Shown piece after piece: positions 56,956-64,000 of a stretch of 64,000 nucleotides of DNA. A model generated the notes under the pieces. That model did no database searches. It saw only the letters and a list, made by a program, of their open reading frames with translations, and was not told the origin of the DNA. A program made the position numbers and the translations under genes. How positions within the stretch are numbered: the first letter of the stretch is position 1; each line of letters starts with the position of its first letter. The DNA is taken from NCBI GenBank assembly GCA_951406725.2, contig OX597815.1, forward strand, positions 76,818,001 through 76,882,000, in the 5' to 3' direction. The DNA is from Octopus vulgaris. Taxonomy: Eukaryota.

Positions 56956-57173
56956 TATTAATCAATAGAATTCTAAGTTTGATTTTCACGTTTTATTATT
57001 TGCAACGTTTACAATTTTTCAATATTGAAATAAACTAGTACTTTCATGCGTTAGGCAATCATCATATTGCGTAACGCATGAAAATACTACTTTATTTCAA
57101 TATTGAAAAACTGTAAACGTTGCAAATAATACAATGTGAAAATCAGACTTAGTTAAAATTTCATTGATTAATA
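56956..57173. repeat. Diverged fold-back (~104-bp arms, 6-nt loop) next to (TA)n
   Basis: ATATTAATCAAT...CATGCGTTAGGCAAT pairs with ATTGCGTAACGCATG...ATTGATTAATAT. Confidence 0.9.
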
Positions 57174-57754
57174 TATTCTATACACAATCATAAACACGGA
57201 TATTTATATATGTATATAGATGTATGGAAGTATATGTATACAATTTATATATGTAAATGAAGGATGTAATGAGAATATACTACAGACGGTTGATTAAGAG
57301 GAAAATACATAGATATACATTTTTATGAAGTATTTCAATTAACATGTATTATGTAGGTATTGTCAATGTGTGAATATGTATGTGCATGCTTGCCTATGTA
57401 AGTGTATATGAGAGAGTCAGCGCAACTTCCGTTGCAAGAAAACCCGGTGATAAAGGATACTAGTAAAATATGGCTTGATTTGCAGTACGACTTCATATTT
57501 GCATATGTATTTAAGTATGTGTATATTTGTACGTGTTTATGAATGTATATTTTTATATGAGTGGCTATATATGTGCATACATGCATATGTATATATATAT
57601 ATATACATGTGTGTGTGTGTGTATGTGTGTGTGAGTGTGCGTGTGTGCTAGTGTGTGAATGAATACACATGTATACACATGAACATCTATACACACACAC
57701 ACACACATATATATATATATGCACAAATTCACTTAATATGTATATTTAACAATA

Positions 57755-58048
57755 GGGTAATAAGAAATTATTATTACCAGTGGCCTAGCACAAAAAACTA
57801 ATTAGTCATTAGACCATATATTATTCCCTTAGAAATACAACAAGAGGCTTCCAAATAGGAAAGCCTTGTGCAAGAAAGAGCCTCAAACCACCAATTAAGG
57901 ATAAATTCTCGAAAGGAATGAAAATTAATTGAGATGGTAAACGTTTTTAATTTTCATTCCTTTCGAGATTTTTTCCTTAATTGGTGGTTTGAGTTTTCTA
58001 CTGCTCTTTCTAGCACAAGGCTTTCCTATTTGGAAGCCTCTTGTTGTA
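57755..58048. repeat. Fold-back (arms 57836-57928 and 57947-58048) related to the 455-bp monomer
   Basis: 57755-57836 aligns by eye with 15024-15108 (AGCACAAAA..AATTAGTCAT.AGAC..ATATTATTC..TAGAAA). Confidence 0.8.
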
Positions 58049-58978
58049 ATATGTATATTTATATATGCTTGCTAGTAAATATGTGTTGAGATTTTTATAT
58101 ATGCTTTTGAGTATATCTTGCGAAATCTCATATATTCTTGCTATATATATATGAGACCTATATAATTTGTTGCAAATAAGATATATAACATGAATTATTT
58201 TCAATTGTTTTCATTATTTTGTTAAATCTCCCTACAAATGAACAGTATAGTTTGTATGTGTGTGTGCAATATACTGTTTGCTTCTCGGAAGGAACGGCAA
58301 AAAGCCCTCAATCCAGCGAGAGTTAATTATCATTTAATAAATAGAGGACTTGTAAATGAGTTACTTCAAGTTTCATGCAGAGACACGCTTGTATAGCGTA
58401 CCCTGCACGATTCGCATCAATCATTGCCAGACCATGTACGGAACTTAATAGAAATATGTTATATTACAACACTACCCGAGCATGAAACTTGAACTAACGC
58501 CCGTATAATTATATATAGGTGTGTGTGTGAGTGTGCGTTTGTGTGCGTGCGTGCGTGTTTATATGCATGTACAGCTATATATATATATATGAATATACAC
58601 ACATCTATATCTATATATGTAGTGTATATATATATATACATGCATATATATGTATAAACCTAAACCATTGTTCATTCTAAGTACTTTCAGGTATTATAAA
58701 ATATATAAAAGAGTCAATAAACACCGAGATTTAAACAGTTGACATTCACAATAGACACTCATTTCTACTGGTACATCCTCATCGAAATACTTTTTAAAAA
58801 TAGGTCAACACTTTCAATGAGTTTATAAATTATTTGAATATTGACAAACACATTAAAGGAAACATTTTCTAAGTATACTAAGTAACAAACTGAATTGAAT
58901 TAGAAGCAACGTTACAATTATCAGACGATCTACTCATCTAGCAATCTAGGCAGACGATAATTTCTGCTATCATGGCGC

Positions 58979-59628
58979 CTAGAGGTACTTGGGCCTTAAC
59001 TTCATTTCAACTTTCTTTGCAGAATAATATTCTGATTCTTTCATTGTAAACCAAACAATACCATCAGGGAAACTTGAGCCTCGGTTAGTGTACCAGCCCT
59101 TGTGATAGACTCCATTCAGATTGCTGGAAAAGCATCCATTGAACCACCAACCGGATTTCATCTCAGCGGCGCAGTGTTCACGGTGAAGATCATTATCGGC
59201 ATCTTTAGTACTAAATGCCATGCCGTTATGGTAACTCAGGGAATCTCCCGCATCACCTTGGTATGCACTAATAGTCAATTTGTATTTATCCCATTCTGAT
59301 CCCACTTCAAAGAATTCGTATTCGGCAAAGCGACGGGTTCCTTGCCAGTCCCAGAGATCAATACGTAGAATGTATTGTTTTTGTGACGTCATCAAGTGTA
59401 GAAAATCGTTTCCTTGCCAGAACTCACCATAAGGGTTACCAAATCCATAGCGATATTCCAACCAACCTCGAGTGAAGTTAGTGAGGCCCTCTAGTCGTCG
59501 TTGGACTACTGTCCAGCCAGTTCCATTTATCATTTCGCAATATACATGATCTAACTGCTGGGCATTCTTTGGTTGGATTTGGTACAATCCGCTCAGGTAC
59601 TGACCACTAGTGTAGATGTCATGACAAT
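58979..59628 (-). CDS. Terminal exon of a fibrinogen C-terminal domain (FReD) protein, angiopoietin-like/ficolin-like
   Basis: Acceptor TTTTATTTCTTGTTTCAG at 59629-59646 (phase 1), then DCHDIY..SGLYQI..VYCEM..GWTVVQRR..GFG..EFWQGND..FSTKDADND..GWWFNGCFSSNLNG..EMKLRP to a stop. Upstream exons were not identified in the window. Confidence 0.92.
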
Positions 59629-59727
59629 CTGAAACAAGAAATAAAATACGTCAAAGAATTTTAAGCGTAACAAATGTGACAGGCTGATTTTGTGTATCAG
59701 TTTCAAGTGCATACATACATACATACA

Positions 59728-59760
<33 letters not shown>

Positions 59761-60637
59761 TCCATGCTGTCGTACCGCCGAATTTAATCGATCTAATCGT
59801 ACTTATTTTAAATCTAGTACTTACTCTCTTTATTGTCACTTTTGCTAAACTGCTAAGTTACAGAGATGTAAGCAGACCAATTCAAGTTGCTAGGTGGTGA
59901 GGGGCCAAGCACAAAGACACACACACACACACACACACACACACATTGCAGTTGTTAAGGTTATCTACAGTTAAAAATACAGTTTTCAGTTTCATAGAAG
60001 TCGATAGCGAAAATAACCGTCGAAAAACAATGGAATTTGAGATAACGTAATATAATTAACATTTAAACAATTATGTAATCCTTAGTTTTGATATTGTCAT
60101 ATGTGATGGAAGTTTGAAGACAAACGCATTATTCAATTATATGATTTTGACATTATACACCTAGTTATCGTTTGACCAGCTTGGGATAGTAGCTAAATCT
60201 TTCTCAAATTACATTCTACTGTCTTTTAAAAAACGGTAACATCATTTGGATATTTTCAGAAAATGTTCAAGAAGTAGATTATGTGAGAAAGTTGTCCAAT
60301 ATGAAGATTTTAATTGTAAATTAGACGGTATATATGTATTGGCAAGAAGTCAGTTCCTGCTTTGATGATATTCAGTAGAGTTCTTATTTTTAAAAATTAA
60401 AATTCTAAAATATCGTGCAGATTTGGCAAGTAATGTAAACTGGTATTTCTAACCTTCTCTGACAATCCTAATTTCGGTGTATAAGAAGACATTTTAGAAA
60501 ACTTTTCCTCACCAAAAATAGGAGTAAATATTATGATTATATGGGAAAAATTATCGGCACTAAAGCAGAATCTCACAATGACAGCACAAGATATCACTGA
60601 TATAGCGAAGAACATAAATACATTTTGGTTTTAAATA

Positions 60638-60839
60638 CTGACACAAGGCCAGCATATTCGTGGGTGGGGTGAGTTGATTACATCGACCCTAGTGCTCAAC
60701 TGGTGCTTATTTTATCGATCTCGAAAGAAATGAAAGGCAAAGTCGACTCCGCGGCATTTGAACCCTGAACGTACAGTTGGAAAAAGTGCCGCTAAGCATT
60801 TTGCCTGGTGTGCTGACGATTCTGCCAGTTCACCGCCTT
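60638..60839 (-). mobile_element. SINE family C (intronic to the FReD gene)
   Basis: Reverse complement of about 4972-5140. Confidence 0.75.
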
Positions 60840-61981
60840 GAACATAAATATATCATACTTTTACTTTTATCTACTAAAACCCTTCGCACCATTTGGAATA
60901 TAAGTCATAAGCTATAACTTTTCTTCGCTATTCTCGTTTTAAAGCTGTCTTTCCCTGAGAGAAGGCCTTTCTCTCCCAGGTCGTGTTAAATCTGAATTGT
61001 CATAGATGCTTTTGTGGCTTTGCTTTTTTCTGGGTAGGGGTGTATGACCTTATGCGAATCTGTTTTTACCTCTAGGAAGAGGTTTTCCGTATTTGATTGG
61101 GCTCCATCCTTTAACCTGTCCAGTAAGGGAAGCCCAATCAGGTGTATACATTATTGCTTTTCTTATATTATTTTATAGAGACATATAAATTCTACCGTTA
61201 ACTTAATAGCATTTTCCTTACGCTGAACAATGTAGATGACATTTACAGCTAAGATAATATATTCTAATTATCAAATGTCTATTTCTGTCTTAACTATCAC
61301 TAGACAAACATTAATGAATTAATAGCTCTATTGATTTAACAGGAGATGAAAATAGCATTTTTGATTGTCATGTTTTTATTTTTGTTTTTATTTTTATTTT
61401 TTTGCAGATGTTCGCATAGTTTCCATTATAAGCAAATATTGAAATCAGGTCACCAATTCAAAATTCACCACGGCTAATTACAATGATTCAAATAATTGAA
61501 TAATCAAATACAAGTGTGTTTAGTCACTGAAATATAGATTTGTAATGTAGACATGTTGTGATTTTATCTTTTATTTGTGTCAGTCATTAGACAGCGGGCA
61601 CGCTGGGACACTGAAGGGTTATGTCGAATAAATCAAGTCCACTACACATTTTTGTAAATCTGGTTTTATTTTTGTAAATCTGATACTCTTTTGCTGAATC
61701 TCTATATTAAGGAGGCGTAAATAAACCAACACCGATTGTGAAGCGCTGGTGGAAGATAAACGCAGTCACATGCATGCATGCATACATACATACATACATA
61801 CATACATACATGCATGCATGCATGCATGCATGCATGCATGTATACATACATACATACATACATACATACATACATACATACATACATACATACATGCATA
61901 CATACATGCATACATACATACATACATACATACATACATACATACATACATACATACATACATACATACATACATACATAC

Positions 61982-63790
61982 AGTGTACAGAGACATGAGA
62001 GGAGAAGTAGTGAACATCATAGAAGCTCCTTCACAAGAAAATATAGACGCCTTCTGGAGGAAAATTTGGAGCGGAGAGATGGAGTTTAACCAAGATGCTC
62101 TGTGTCTCGAAGAAATTCGAAGTTATTGTCCCTGCATTACACCCAAGACATACAGCACTGATGGTGATACCCTTGTGATTGTAATCCAGAAACTTCCGGA
62201 TGGAAAAGCAGCTGGAAGAGACTTGATTGTTGTATACTGGTACAAGAAGCTAAACTTCTACCGACCATAGATTATCAACCTGTACCAGCAAACCATTATT
62301 GGGAATAGTAGCATACCTGAATGGGTAGCTCTAGCAGACACAAAACGGATCTTCAAATGCAGAACCACCCACATGGCAAAAAACTACCAGCAAATTGCAT
62401 CTATATATAATATATATACAGCATGTTTAAAACTTCCTCCAAGACCATTGTGAAAGCAACAACATCATCACAGGAGTACAAACAGCTGGAAAGAAGAGAG
62501 TCTGGGGATGTGCCGAGCAATTGTTAATAAACAAAACTATAATGTCAGATGTGCGGGAGCATAGACGGAACCTAGTTTCAATGTGGCTATACTACAAGAA
62601 AGCATTTGACTCTGTACTCCATTCATGGATGCTGGAAGTCCTTCGACTTGCTAAAGTTCTAGTGAGCATAGTCAAAGCTATAGCTGATCTGACTTCATCG
62701 TGCACTACAATCTTGAAATTAAACACAAGGAGTGATTGTATTATCACTGACAGAATACAGCATCGCAGAGGCATATTCCCAGGGGACAGCCTCTCTAGGA
62801 TGTTGTTTATACTTTCTGTAAACCCCTTGTCATTCATGTTTAAAAAGTCTGGAGGATATCTCATTGGTTCACAAAGGAACAGAAATACCAACATGACACA
62901 CTGTTTCTTCGTGTGTAACTTGAAACTGTATGCCAAGAACATGCATATGTTAGTAGAAAGCTCTGAAATAATAGTAACATTGATCATCAAAGCAGTCTAA
63001 CATGGACCAACAACCGGATTACTGCTTCCCACTTTGAAAGGTATTTGCAATCCAGGAACAGGAAATATCAACTAAATACCTGAGGCACAAAAGGAACAGA
63101 GATGCAGGAAAGGCAGCAAAATGTGACAACCGATTCAGAATTTGTAGATTTAACACCCAAGATATCGTCCACATCATAAGCAATTATCCGAAAATGTCAT
63201 CACGGTATTATCTACCAATGAGATATGATGTTGTAGCTAGGACAGCGAATAACGAGATCCTTTGGAAGAATAAACACGAGGACAAATAAATAAGAACGTG
63301 CAGTATGGTGGAAGACATTGTCATTCATAATAAAATGAGTACGGGTGGAATGTCTCAGTGAAGATCTCAGTAAGATATAAACACAATAGACCTGACTATG
63401 GTTTCAGATACAGAAAGGAAATTGTGTACTGTTGTAGAAATCAGCTGCCAAGCAGATGTTGACATAAAGATAAAGATCAACGAAGAAGAAAATTACACTG
63501 AATTATTGAGAAATTTGCAGCTACTCTATCCAGATTACAAGTTCAGGTTTATATCTCTAATTATTGGGGCACAGAAATATGTAACACACTACTTACATAC
63601 CAATCATGAGAAATTAGGTTCTCATAAAGGAGAAAGCTAATTCGAAGACTACAGATCTAATCTATCACCGGAAGTGTAAAAGTCTGTAAAACTTTCCAAA
63701 AGTTTATCATTTAAGTATATATGAGTATCTCTAGATTTGAAACTAGTTGCATGAGAATACATGCATAAAACAAAACATACAAATCTGCAC
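61982..63790 (+). mobile_element. R4/Dong-like non-LTR retrotransposon (RT plus restriction-like endonuclease), truncated and internally deleted
   Basis: Fragments KAAGRD, QLLINK..YKKAFDSV.HSW, RGIFPGDSLS, HCFFVCNLKLY, HNRPD..VEISC and IIGA; (TACA)n tracts on both sides. Confidence 0.8.
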
Positions 63791-64000
63791 ATATACATAC
63801 GTACGTACATACATACATACATACATACATACATACATACATACATACATACATACATACATACAAAAATACCATGATGATATTGTTGAAATTCCAATGA
63901 AGGAGCCTTGGATCTAGGTTAAAAGCCAGTTCTTTCTCTATTGGCAAGAAATCTTGAAATAAAACTGCATAATGACATACATAAAAGTATATATATATAT

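Overview
AT-rich, microsatellite-dense eukaryotic DNA, most likely octopus or another coleoid cephalopod. This is inferred from the SINE families and the (TA)n/(CA)n/(TATG)n density and was not database-checked. Only two host coding segments are recognisable, both on the minus strand: a four-finger C2H2 zinc-finger ORF (4267-4641) and the terminal exon of a fibrinogen C-domain protein (58979-59628). The rest is mostly mobile DNA: Helitrons, CR1/L2-group, RTE and R4/Dong-like LINEs, a decayed Penelope-like element (PLE), a solo LTR, DNA-transposon remnants and three SINE families. The main finding is a set of type I hammerhead-ribozyme (HHR) motifs, folded here by eye. Several lie in fold-back (inverted-repeat) insertions in (TA)n tracts, always with the ribozyme strand reading outward from the centre. 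One fold-back is built from a circularly permuted ~455-bp monomer, and a variant-core HHR lies downstream of the PLE. Together they suggest PLE-mobilised, retrozyme-like elements. PLE-associated HHRs and retrozymes are known in animals; novelty in this lineage and self-cleavage activity are untested.
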